DNA of 64,000 nucleotides from Azolla caroliniana (lineage: Eukaryota > Plantae > Polypodiophyta). Under the pieces are notes generated by a model, which did no database searches, was not told the origin of the DNA, and was given only the letters and a program-made list of their open reading frames with translations. How positions within the stretch are numbered: the stretch's first letter is position 1; the number at the start of each line of letters is the position of its first letter. Of this stretch, positions 26,008-38,440 are shown piece after piece. The stretch lies in NCBI GenBank assembly GCA_043228905.1, contig JBHGNT010000016.1, positions 8,060,001 to 8,124,000 of the forward strand, in the 5' to 3' direction. The position numbers and the translations under genes are program-made.

Positions 26008-27766
26008 CATAGAGATGCCTTCCGAGGAGATGACATAGCCTAGAAATTCCACCTGGTTCCACTCAAAACTACAATTTTCCAGTTTTGCATAAAGACCATG
26101 TTCTCAAAGTCGTTTTGGTACTAATAGTACATAAGAATCATGCTCTTCCTGAGTCTTTGAATAAATTGGTAGGTCATCCAAATATATGATCAAACAGATA
26201 TCCAAGAGATCTCGGAATATATCATTTGCCATGTGCTGGAAGACTGTTGGTGCATTGGTGAGACCAAATGGCATAACCGTATACTTGAAGTGCTCGTATC
26301 GGGTGCGAAAAGTGGTCTCCCATGCATCTCCCAATCAGATCTGTACGAGGTTATATGTGCCTCATAAGTCGATTTTTGTGAAGAACTTTACACCATTAAT
26401 CCGTTCTAAAAGACTAGAGATAAGGGGAAGTGTGCATACCTATTCCTGATGGTGACCTTATTCAAGCCACGGTAATCTACGACAAGACAAAGTGATCCAT
26501 CCTCTTTTCTTTACAAAGAAAATGGGTGCGCCAGCTGGAGATTTCGAATGTCGAATGAACCCGTTTTGCCAAATTCTCCTCTATGTAGGGTTGAAGGACT
26601 TCTAGCTCAGTTGGTGACAAGTTGTAGATCGGTCCCCATGGTGGCTCTTTTCCTGGTTGTAAATCAATGGGACAATCGTATGATCGATGGTGAGGAAGAG
26701 TACTTGCTTGTACCTTATCAAACACGTCGGCATAATGACGATACTTCTCTGGAAGTTGAACTATGGATTCCTCTTTAGTGGTCCTGCAAGGTTATACTGA
26801 TACTGCAAATACAAACATTGATTCATTGCGTCCATCCTCACACAGTTGATGTAGCAAAATGGTTGAAACCTGATGAGTAGATTCTCGAGGTTGTCCATAC
26901 CGGATTTCTCTTGTTCTCCAATCCATGTCTGGATTGTGTAACTCGAACCATGGTAACCCCAAAACAATGGGATGTTCTGGACTACTAATTATATTGAATG
27001 ATACTACACATGCCAAATCATCTAGGACAACATTAATTGGCTCTCACTCTTCTACGATATTTCCGGAAACAATGGAGCGACCATCAATGACTACTACAGA
27101 GGCTAGGCAAATGAGTTTTCTTAGGGATATTTGATGAGATTGGGCAAAATTCTTATCCATGAAGCAAGAATTAGCTCTAGAATCTAGGAGTGCTAAGACA
27201 TGTATTGGAGGGATACTTTTAGTACTAATAGTTACTTAAGCTAGGAAGACATTGCTAACTTGCTTAGAGGGAATGGAACCACTAATGGGCTACACAGATC
27301 TAGGGCTGCCCAACCAAACAACTCCTATTTTGGCTGGACTTAGTCGTTTAACTCTTCTTCTAACTGACTAAGGACTTTAAATTTGTTCGATAGACTTGGG
27401 CTATTAGTAATACTAGGACCATCATACACTCCTACCAAAATAGACTCGGGTTTAGTACAAGCAACTATTTGATTTACCTATCTTCTTGGCCTATGTGGAT
27501 AGTTTATTGCGATATGCCCTGGTCCTCCACGGTAAAGACATAATCAATTTACTCGGCGTCGTTGCTTTTCTTCTTTCGACAATGCTCCAGGACGACATGT
27601 GGTGTCGATTTCCATCGGTGTTGGAGTATTTGCCGGAGCTACATGATATGACTCCCTTGCAAATGGTTTTGCTACGCCTGAGGCGTATGTGGGCTCCAAC
27701 CTGGTCCTTGGCATTTGTAACTAGCGTTTCGAACGTTGTTCGAAAAGCCGGTTATCGCATCGTACC

Positions 27767-30700
27767 TGTTAAGTAATTAAGTAATTAACTAGGGTTAATT
27801 AGAGACTAATTATATGGTTACGTTAAGCAACGGAAGATTAGTATGATATGTGCGTGAGAGTGTGTGAGAGGAAGAGAGAGAGAGAGAGAGGAAGTTACAC
27901 TTATGAACACGAAGATAAATGGGGGATGATTGACTATATTGAAAAGTGTCATCAACATTCAAAAATACCCACAATGAGGTATATATACAACCCATGTGCA
28001 AAGGTGCACATGTGTGGGTAGAATATAGGTACTTATGTGTAAGTCCTACATTAAATGTACTAAGGAGTGGAGGATCTAGAATATCCCACTTAAGTACAAG
28101 GTCCTATTTAAAGGCTTAAGGTCAACACATTAACTAGATTCGATCTAGGTAACTACTAAGTTACATGTGTTGACTAACTAGATTAAACTAGTTGAGCTTG
28201 ATATCTCAACACGCCCCCTCAAGCTCAAGTGTGAGGCGTCCAACGTCGGCATCAGTGCGACTTGCGGCTTTCTTCGCGTCTTCGCGGCTTCGTTGCGCAG
28301 TTCTCCACGGCTTTGTTCTCCCCCTTAGGCCTGTGACGAAGGCTTGGATCCTCGGGCTCTTGTTCGGCCACTACTTCCATCGCGAGGGCATAGTGATGGG
28401 CCATATACTCGTTGTATGCGTAACGAGAGACTTGGGTCTTCGCTCGTGATGAGCGGCGGAGTTTCTCGTTTGTCGATGTGAGTGCCTTCTTTACTCCGGG
28501 TGTCCTCATGATGGGTACATCGAACTCACTGTCTAGTGAGCGAGCCAAATCATCCGAATCACGGTCGTCAGGGTGGACCTCGACTTCGTATTCGGGAATC
28601 TTACCTTTGCCTTTGTTTGATGTCAGACTTGGCCGCGACGTGTTTTCATCGCGTGGAGGCTCTTGTGGGCCAATTAGCTCGGTAGAGCTTGGATTGTCCT
28701 TCAGTGGAGGACTTGGCCGAGTTTCGTCGTCCGAGTTGGCATTCAACTCTTCCTCGATCGGGTCGGATGGAATCGCATCGGGCTTATACCAAGATGCCGA
28801 TTCGTCGAAAACGACGTCGCGACTTATTTGCACCGCTCGGGTCGAAGGGTTGAAGCACTTGTACACCTTTTTCACGGACAAGTATCCTATGAGGATACAT
28901 TCTTCCGACTTCGTGTCGGGCTTCTCTCGACTTTCGTTCGGGATGCGTACATTCGCAATGCTTCCGAACACCTTGAGGTGCGAGAGGATGGACTTTCTTC
29001 CAACGAAGATCTCGTATGGAGTAAGCTCGTGCACGCTATTTGTGGTGCATCGATTCATGAGATAGATGGCCGTGGATGCCGCTTCCGCCCAATAGAAGTT
29101 CGGCATGTGCTTCTCACGCATCATGGCGCGTGCTACCTCGAGTATTTGTCGATTCTTTCTCTCGGCTACTCCGTTTTGTTGGGGAGTGTGTCGGCATGAG
29201 AATTCTCTACGAATGCCTTCACCTTGGAGGTAGGAGGTAAACTCGTCAGAGAAGTACTCCTTTCCTCCGTCCGATCGTAGGCATCGAATGTGCCGACCGG
29301 TTTCTTTCTCCACTTGGCTTGGCTTTTGAGCCTTTGAAAGTGGGAGAGCACTTCGCTCTTCTTCTTCATCGGGTATATCCACGCGTAGCGCGAGTGGTCG
29401 TCGATGAAGGTGACGTAGTACCAGCATCCACCGAGCGTCGGCGTTTGAGCCGGTCCCCATACGTCCGAGTGGATTATGTCAAGGAGGCCTTTGCTTACAG
29501 AGCTCTCCTTCGGGAATGGGAGTCTATGTTGTTTGCCGAGTTGGCATGGTTCGCACACTCGGTCGACTCGTTTCGATTCGAAGGCTAGAAGTCCGATTAC
29601 AATTCCCTTTTATTGCATTCCGCGAAGCCGTTGGAGGTTTAGGTGGCCGATTCGCTTGTGCCACAACTCAATGTTTGTCTCGGTCTTGAGACCTTTGGCG
29701 TACATGGCTGATTTTACCTCGTTCGAGTCGAGGATGAACAAGCGACCGTCTCTCCGTCCCTTGGCTATGAGTCGGCCGTCTTTCTCGATGAAGCAACCTT
29801 CATTGTTGAAGCGGACTTGCATGCCTTGCTCCACAATTTGGCGGACCGAGACCAAATTCTTTGTTATTGTGGGCACGTGCAAGACATTCTTGATGCAAGT
29901 TTGCTAGCCTTCTTTCCTGAATGGGACATCGCCGATGTGCCAAATGGGATGCGGAGTGTCGTCTCCGGTCTCTATGTAGCCGGGTCGATCTGGCATTCGC
30001 AAGTTGCGAAACCACTCTTGGTGCAACGTCATGTGGTGCGAGGCGCCGGAGTCTATGAACCACGCGTGTTCGGAGTTGGAGGTGCTTGCAGAGTTTGCGG
30101 GATCAGAGGCCATCATAGAGTTCGCTCTATGCCTCATCACGAAGAGTCCGTCGTAGTCCGCGTATTCCGCGTTCGCGGCGTAATTTGTGAGTTGCCGGCT
30201 TGTCGAGGCCGACTCGCTTCGTCTTTTTCGGCACTCCTCTTCGCGATGGCCGATTTTGCCGCAATAGTTGCACGTAGGTGGCGTCGTTCGCCGACCTTGT
30301 TTGGCGTGGAAGTTCCCCCTTCTTGTGAAGGTTCCTCGATGGCTTCCGTTTCCTTGCCAAAATTGTGAATTCCTTTCGTGGGATAGGTCGAATTGACCTC
30401 TTCCGCGTCGACCTCGTCTATGGGCACCATCCGTATCGGAGAAGAGCATTTGTCCTTCCGATGTGTTGGTCTTTGGTTGAACGTGGTTTTCTTCGACCAA
30501 TAGCATTGATTGGAGGTTGAAGAACGAGGGAGGGGTATCTCTCGCCAAGATTGTCGTTCTCAACGGGTTGAATCGTTGTGCGAGGCCGCCCAAGCATACT
30601 TGCACCATCTCGTCCTCGTCGATGTTGACGTTGATGGAGCCAAGCGAGTCGCAAATGCTCTTGATCTTGACGGTGTAGTCCGTCACGGACATTTCTTTTT

Positions 30701-31668
30701 GTCGTATGTTGTTCAACTCTTGCCGGAGTTGAAGCTTGCGCACGGATGTGTCCGCGGCGAAAATGTTCTTGAGATTTTCCCACGCCTCTTTGGGCGTCTT
30801 GGCGTCACAAATGTGGCTAAGCATGTGGTCGTTTACACATGTTGCGTAGCAATACATTACCCGACTCGCGCCTAGCTCCCACATTGGGTAGTTGGCATGT
30901 GTGATTTCAGGTTTGTTTTCTTGTGCGTCGTTGATGTAGCTCTAATACCCTTGGCCGATAAGGTATTGATTCATCTTGTACTCCCAAGATGAATAGTTGC
31001 TTCAGTCTAGCTTTTCGCTAGGGAGTGAGCTTCCCATTTGTTTGTTCATGTTGATTGTTGTGTCTTCCGTTTTGTTTTCCTTCTCTTGGTCACGTACACA
31101 TCCTTCGTAACGGCACTACGGTAGCGGATAGCGAATAGCTGAGATTTGTTGTCAGCGTCTCGAACACACAATCACGAATAAGCGGTGGGCTTAGTGGATT
31201 TCCTAAACCACTCGCTCTAATACCATGTTAAGTAATTAGGTAATTAACTAGGGTTAATTAGAGACTAATTATATGGTTACGTTAAGCAACGGAAGATTAG
31301 TATGATATGTGCGTGAGAGTGTGTGAGAGGAAGAGAGAGAGAGAGAGGAAGTTACACTTATGAACACGAAGATAAATGGGGGATGATTGACTATATTGAA
31401 AAGTGTCATCAACATTCAAAAATACCCACAATGAGGTATATATACAACCCATGTGCAAAGGTGCACATGTGTGGGTAGAATATAGGTACTTATGTGTAAG
31501 TCCTACATTAAATGTACTAAGGAGTGGAGGATCTAGAATATCCCACTTAAGTACAAGGTCCTATTTAAAGGCTTAAGGTCAACACATTAACTAGATTCGA
31601 TCTAGGTAACTACTAAGTTACATGTGTTGACTAACTAGATTAAACTAGTTGAGCTTGATATCTCAACA
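27767..31668 (-). mobile_element. Internally deleted Copia element B (gag-PR-IN only; lacks RT and RNase H)
   Basis: LTRs 27767-28211 and 31226-31668 are nearly identical; perfect TSD GTACC; PBS TGGTATTAGAG; PPT. Coding homology stops at EVVAEQEPE, just before where RT would start. Confidence 0.95.
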
Positions 31669-32893
31669 GTACCGCTCGATTGATTGCCTCTGTGAACGAT
31701 TTTGGTTCTTTGGAGTAAGTTAGGAGTAAGTCTTTGACATCATTTCGTAGGCCGAATCGAAATTGCTCCATCAATGCTTGGTCATCCCAGGGGATATCGG
31801 AAGCAAGTAGACGGACGATCACCTTGACATAATCGTCGGATTTGTTGATTTTCATCCTTATGCTATCAGTATCTCCAAAATAGGTTTTAAACTCGCTTAT
31901 AAACTCTTCAAAATTATTTAGTAATGGGGAACTTTTTTCCAACAACGGAGCAAACCATGCCAAAGCTGAGTCGCTCAGTAACGTGCCTACTAGACCCACT
32001 CGCGATGCATCGGTGGGATATCGGGAAGGATGTATTTGAATGACTAGGCCGATCGTAGACTCTTTATGAATCCCTTGGGTACTTGATCCTTGTTGTTGCA
32101 ATGCTACAATGGTTGCTTCAAGTTGTTGCACGCGTAACGCTAACTCCCCATGTTGTTGTTGCGCTTGTTGCTTTTCTAATGAGATTTGTTGAAGATCTCC
32201 CAACAACCGTTGATTTTCTTGTTCCAATGCGACAAACCTTTCTTTCAAGCACTGTAGCTCCGAGAAAACATATTGATATTCTTGAGCGCTAACAATTGCC
32301 ATAGTATTGGAGGAAGGAAGGATAAAAAGATTAGTATGAAGGGAAGGAGGGATACGAAGCTAAAGACAATTCTTATAATATAATATACTTCTTGTTGTCA
32401 TCGTTATCTCTCTCTGCAACGGTCGCTCTCTCTCTCTCTGCAACGGTCGTGCGCCACGCTGTCGTCGTTGTCGTCTGCGACGTCTGTCGCCGCTTGCTAC
32501 CGAGCTGCAGTCCCCCCCCATCGTGCGCTGCTGTCGTCTGTTGCCGCGCTGCCGCCTCTGACGTCCGTCGCCGTTTGCTGCCGTCTGCTGCCGTCTGCTG
32601 ACATCCGTCGCCGTCTACTGACGTCCGTCGCCGTCTGCTGCCGTCGGCGTGCTGGACGACCTGCTGCAGTTCGTCATCATCCGTTGTAGTCGCCGTTGCC
32701 GTTGTCGTGCTCTTCTCCACCTTGTTTCTTGAGGTTGCCGAGTGTCGCATTTCTTCTCTTGGCGGCGCATCCTTGTTCTTTTAGCGTGCTCGTCGTGTGC
32801 GAAATGCCAATGTGACTACGACATAACACAAACTCGGCTAAGTCTCGAACCCATTTATTTTATCCTTTTTTTTCTTTTCTTATTGACACTACA

Positions 32894-33700
32894 ATGTCTA
32901 AACGAAAGGAACACAAGGATACACAAGACGAGGCTATAAGTAAGGAGGACTTTTTGGATATGTTTAACCGTTTAACAAAAATAGAGACGGATATGAAAAA
33001 ATGGGTGAAAGACGCCGAAACCCACAAGAAAAAAGATAGAGAGGAAAAAGACACCCTCAAGGCCGAAATAGAAAAACTTAAAGAGGAAAACACAAACCTC
33101 AAACAACAACTTAATGACATCAAGGTATCCCGAGAGGACGGTGAAATATCCTCCATAGAGGATATAAAAGATGAGATCAAAAAAGTTAAAGAGGAGGTTA
33201 AAAATAACATAGAGTTAGCAAAAACGGGTTGGGTAGATGTCGTTAAAAGAAACATTAAAAAAGAAATAAAGGATGAAAATATTGTTAATACCACCCTCGA
33301 AGAGGAGAAAATGCGTCAGGCCCGACGCCTAAATGTGCGTGTCACTGGGCTCAAGGAAGGTGCATCCCCGAACGAGGATGCACAAACACTCGGGAAAATG
33401 TTAGGGTACACAACGACCCTACCTATCACCAAAGCTTGGAGGGCCGGACGCGACACAACTAGGAAGAGAGCCTTAGTTCTTCAATTTAAAGACTTAGACT
33501 CTAGAATCACTTTCTTTAAGAAGAGACCAATTCTTCGAGGATTGGGTGGGGACCCTATCTATCTCGATGAAGACCTCACCAAGATGCAAATTGAGCATCG
33601 CAAGAGTTGTATGCCAAAGGTTATGCAAGCTCGCAAAGACGGGCATCGCGCCTTTTATCGAGATGGGCGAGTGATCATAAATGATCGCACTACTAATTGA
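32894..33700 (+). CDS. LINE ORF1 protein (coiled coil plus RRM-like and C-terminal domains), 268 aa
   Basis: Open ORF; heptad-rich N-terminus; NVRVTGLKE and IYLDEDLT motifs typical of LINE ORF1p. Confidence 0.8.
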   Translation: MSKRKEHKDTQDEAISKEDFLDMFNRLTKIETDMKKWVKDAETHKKKDREEKDTLKAEIEKLKEENTNLKQQLNDIKVSREDGEISSIEDIKDEIKKVKEEVKNNIELAKTGWVDVVKRNIKKEIKDENIVNTTLEEEKMRQARRLNVRVTGLKEGASPNEDAQTLGKMLGYTTTLPITKAWRAGRDTTRKRALVLQFKDLDSRITFFKKRPILRGLGGDPIYLDEDLTKMQIEHRKSCMPKVMQARKDGHRAFYRDGRVIINDRTTN

Positions 33701-33736
33701 CGGCGTGTGGCCCATGTGACAGAAAACACACTTAGG

Positions 33737-36700
33737 ATGACCTTATGGAATTGTAACGGCGCACTCTGGACACACCCCGGCTGCCTAGAGGGGATATTAA
33801 AGGAATCAGATATAGTTTGCCTAGTAGAAACACACCAAAGCCCAAATAGGGGACTCCCACGAGTCGAAGGATTTCGTTGGGAGTCGGCTTCTAGACAAAC
33901 CTCACGTCGATGCACTACCAGGGGATCTGGAGGTGTCGCAATATTGTTTCGGAGGGAGCTACATAATAGGATAGAAATACTGAGCACAGACCCAGAAGCT
34001 CGTTTTATGTGGGTGAAAGTCTCCACAAGCAAGGACAAGGCAGTAATTTTCGCCATTTGTTACTTCCCCCCAAAAGGCTCTCGTTATAATCTGGCTGGCG
34101 AGGTGAGATTAGTTGATGACGGAGTGCCACATGGGCCTTCCCCATATGAACCTCTATCGGATGACATAATCCGATATTCTTCCCAAGGCGAAGTATTCCT
34201 TGTAGGAGACTTTAATGCGAGAACCCAATCCCGACAATGCACAATATTTCAAATGAATAGAAACCTAGAAATGGTAAATGTTGATACTTCAGACATAGAC
34301 ACCACACGTAGATCAAAGGATCAAGGTGCAGACGCCACGAGCTTTGGCCATCATTTGCTCGAACTCGGTAGTCGGCACCAGATGGTCATATATAATGGTT
34401 TAGCCAAGTGGCCAGGTTCGGAAGAGCTCACATGTTTCCCACATGGAGGAGGGGAAAGCACAGTCGATTATCTAATAGGACGCCCTGAAGCCACCCACAT
34501 GATTAACTCCTTCCGAGTGGCCCCATGTCCTATTGGCGCGGACCATAGTTTCTTATACTTCGAGATAAATTGCGATATCTCTAACGTCACCAACTCTAGT
34601 CAACCACGCCATGACATCACAATACATTTCACACATGAGCTCTCTGACATATATGCTCGACATGTTCAAGCCCATCTCTCCTCCCTTGATCCCTCCCTAC
34701 CTTTAGAGAGCCTTAATACGAAACTCACACACATCCTTCATTCTGCAACGGTTAGCAGCTTCCCATACACGAAACACTCCAATCAAGGTAAAGTAGGATC
34801 TATGCCACAAAATAGATGGTATGATGAGGATTGTAGGTGCTTACATCGACAACTTACAATATCGCAACTCAGTGGTAGTATTACCTCAGTACAAGCTCGT
34901 AAAGAAATGCGCAAGATGACACGTCGTAAGAGACGAGCATGGGGGGCATCCCAATATTGGGAACTCTACCACATGCTCATGAGTAACGATTGTGCCACTG
35001 CATGGAAGAGATTACGGGAACCAAGACCACAAACACCCATCGAAGATCCCGAAACTTGACACACTTATACAGAGAGACTTTACCACATCCCAAACCAACC
35101 ACCCATTCCAATGCCTTCCACACCCCGACCTACTGTGGGGACACTCTTCACGACCTCTAGGGTCACGAAGGTCATAAAGAAATTACAACATAGGAAGTCC
35201 ATGGACCACACAGGATTGCGAGCAGAACACATCATATACGCGAGAGAGTGCCTAGCTCCCTTACTAACTCTAATCTTCAATCGTGCCCTTGCAGAGGGTT
35301 TTCCATCACAATGGACCATGAACACAGTGGCCCCCATACATAAGGGGGGGGACCCCATGGACCCAAATACTTATAGGACCATTATGATAGGTCATACCCT
35401 TGCTAAATTATATGGTGCAGTAAAGGAGGCAGAGCTTAGCGAGTATATGGAGACCTTAAATCTTCGTGCACCTGAACAGGCCAGCTTTAGACGAGCCTTC
35501 TCCACTATTGACCATATCTTCACACTTAGATGCTTAATTGACCAGACTAAGGCTCGCAAGAAGAAACTATATTGTTGTTTTGTGGACTTCCGCAAAGCCT
35601 TTGACACGGTCCCTAGAGAGCGGTTGTTTGATAGGCTTAAGAGCTTGAGGATACCAGATGACATGGTTTGGGCCATCTACGCACTATATGAACAAGTGTC
35701 CGGGTGTGTTCGATGCCCAGGCGGCATATCCGATAGTTTCACTAGCACTATTGGTGTAAAACAAGGTTGCCCCTTATCTCCGACTCTTTTTGGGATCTAC
35801 ATTGATGAGATCACAGATTTTATTGCTCGTAAGGGAGGCAATGGAGTAGTCCTTGGAGATACGCAGGTGCGTATCTTGCTCTATGCAGATGACATAGTTT
35901 TGCTCTCTGAATCCGAACACGGCCTACAAAGGCACCTTAATGCCTTAGATGACTTTTGCACACAACGAGGATTGGTAGTGAATCTAGGGAAAACTAAAGT
36001 CCTTATCTTCCACACGTCGGCCCAAGTTAGAGCTAAGTGTCACCTAACTATCTCCCATAGCCCAGTTGAGGTGGTTGGATCATATGTCTATCTCGGAGTC
36101 ACTTTCAGTGCCCGCTCAGGTAAATTTTCGATGACACAAGCAGCGAAGGATAGACTTACAAGAGGACATGCATCCCTCTCACTCCTCGAGAGACAATGCC
36201 ACCAAGCATAGTTCCAAGAGCCACGAACTAAAGGGTGGCTCTTTGACTCATTAGTGACTCCCTCTCTCATGTATGCATCAGCGGTTTGGGCCCCAGGACT
36301 ACCATCTTTCATGTGGACGCAATTAGAGAGACCATTGGTGATGATGTTATCACGCCAACTCCGAAGCAAATCGTAGGTCCCACATGACATTATTAGGGTT
36401 GAGTTCACTCTACCCCCTATGTTAGTAGAAGCACTTTTTCAACTGGTAGTCTTTATACACAGGATACATAACCAACCACTTGATAGAATATCCCACCAAG
36501 CCTTTAAGGCTTCTCGAGCATTGTATGAGTCCGGCTATACTAGCTCATGGTATGGCATGATGGTGAGCTGGCTTCTTGCCAACGGTTTAGACATTACTAA
36601 CCTCCCCCCCCTTAAGTACGACCACACGAATGATAACACTTTACTCTCTCATGAGGACCGTAATAAAGTAATACGCCAAGAAATATGGCAAATTTATACC

Positions 36701-37450
36701 CGGTATAAATGGATCACCCCACTAGAGCCACTCCCATCTAAAATGTCGTACTATAAGGAACACTTTATGCACTTCTCTGAGTTAGGTTTTATCACGCGCC
36801 CAAAATATCTAGATGTATTCTTACCACATGCACTAAGGGTTGCCATTGGTCAACTTAGAATATCATCTCACCAACTTGAGATTGAGAATGGACGTACTAA
36901 TGGAGTCCCTAGGGAGGAAAGGATATGTAGGTTATGCCACATAGAGATAGAGAATGAGTACCATTTTACATGCAAATGCCCCACCTATGCCGAGATAAGG
37001 GCAAAATACCAAGACATACTTGGTTCCTCTCCCACCCTCCCTAAACTATTAGATACACTAGATATAAAGAAATTAGGTAGATACATCTTAGAATTGAAAC
37101 ACCACAGAGAGAACAAATTACAAAACGTTGATAATAATGTTGCTAATGTTTACCAACATATAACAAATGAAGTTTTTCAGGAACAGGGGGAGACAATGAA
37201 TGTCGACACACCTGCACCACTCGGACTTCTCCTTGATGAAGCAGAAAATCAAAGAAGAACCAAACGCCCTCGGATGCCGGGTTTCAAAGCAACTCGACGA
37301 GATGTAGAAGCAATAAAGAAAATAAGGGAACGTGAACTACACCGCCTAGAAGCCATGGCTAGGGCACTCTATGCATCGGGACCATGGGTCACACCCACAC
37401 CAAAAACTTTTGACCTCCCACTTCTTTTTGAGAGACTTGGGTGGAAATGA
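33737..37450 (+). pseudogene. LINE ORF2 (APE endonuclease-RT-zinc finger) with three in-frame stops
   Basis: LWNCNG, LVET, GDFNAR, ADH (endonuclease); FVDFRKAFD, GVKQGCPLSP, LLYADD (RT). One reading frame throughout, with stops at 35057, 36209 and 36374. Confidence 0.92.
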
Positions 37451-37626
37451 GATTAGGCTTGGTGCAAAGTTTTGTACACTACTAGAACTTTCTTAGCTTA
37501 AGCTATTTTCTTTTATTTTTAGTTTTGATGATTGGATAAACACTCATTTTTTGTTGTAACCTATTTGTCTCATGGGCCAAATTTGGCCTTAGAAGACGTT
37601 AATATATCTTTCTTTCTTTCTTTCTT

Positions 37627-37683
<57 letters not shown>

Positions 37684-37686
<3 letters not shown>

Positions 37687-38019
37687 CACGTGGTTCTCAC
37701 ACACTCTTTCCCTTCTTAATACTAATCCTCATTCTTCTCCTCTACCTTTAGTACTAATTCTCCTTGCCTCTAGTACTATCCCTGACAGTTTGAACCGAAT
37801 TGGTTTGGAATAATGCCTTTTGCCTCTATTTATAGTGTTGTCAAGATTACTCTTGAAGTTTCTAGAATATTCTAGAGTAATCTAGAATATACATGAATTT
37901 CCTAAAGAAATAATAAATGAAACTAATATTTTTCGTATTACAATTCAAGGGTTTAGCCCATGTAACACAAGGTCATAGGTTCAAATTCCTTCAGAGCCAT
38001 ACCATGCCATATCATGACA
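37684..38019. repeat. Rearranged 5' LTR of the large Gypsy: 37684-37787 inverted, 37790-38019 direct
   Basis: 37684-37787 is the reverse complement of 17065-17167. 32369-32406 is the reverse complement of ~17212-17246. 37790-38019 matches 17284-17527 directly. Confidence 0.88.
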
Positions 38020-38024
38020 ACAGA

Positions 38025-38440
38025 AGCCATTAGTACTAATGAAAAATAAGAATAAGATGGTGAATTTGATTCAAACTCTCAAGATCGTGAAACGGAGAAT
38101 GTGAGAGAACCACAAGATAGACTTAGAGAAAGAGAGAGAGTATATAATAAAAGGAAAATGTATTAAATTGTAACGAAGTACAAAGATGAGACCAAATTAG
38201 AGGCTTAAGATTGGCGTTGAACCACATTGGTTTGAAATAGTATAATATGCCTCTATTTATAGGGGCCTTTAGAGTTTTGAGAAAGTTCTATAATATTCAT
38301 GAATTTTCTAGATTATTCCAAAATTCTAGAATGGTAAGTGAAATAATAATTGAAAAATAATATTTTATGTACTACAATAATTAACTTAATGGTAAGTGTT
38401 AGATTCTTGTATTGTAGGGTCAAGAGTTCAAGTCATGACA
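38025..38440 (-). mobile_element. Older related LTR remnant, apparently the insertion target of the large Gypsy
   Basis: Diverged similarity to 17065-17527 (ATTAGTACTAA, GAGAACCA, GTTGAACC, GCCTCTATTTATAG, TTCTAGA; ends TCATGACA) and carries a tRNA-like cassette. Confidence 0.7.

Larger units (their letters stand above)
32407..37680 (+). mobile_element. Near full-length non-LTR retrotransposon (RTEX-like LINE) inserted in a (CT)n microsatellite
   Basis: GC-rich 5' UTR, ORF1, ORF2 (APE endonuclease, RT, C-terminal zinc finger), 3' tail (CTTT)n merging into (CT)n. The clade call is inferred from the LRISSHQLEIENGR..RICRLC..ENEYHF tail. Confidence 0.88.
17065..38019 (-). mobile_element. Full-length degenerate chromovirus Gypsy element hosting nested Copia A, Copia B and a LINE
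   Basis: 3' LTR 17065-17527 with adjacent PPT; matching LTR sequence ends at 38019; flanks ACAAA / ACAGA (TSD with 1 mismatch). Gag (~32302-31669, 27766-27450), protease, RT (YLDD), RNase H, integrase and chromodomain are in the correct order on the minus strand. Confidence 0.88.

Noticed and set aside
32373-32750. Ala/Thr/Arg-rich ORFs on both strands
   Set aside because: They arise from the GC-rich low-complexity 5' UTR of the LINE.
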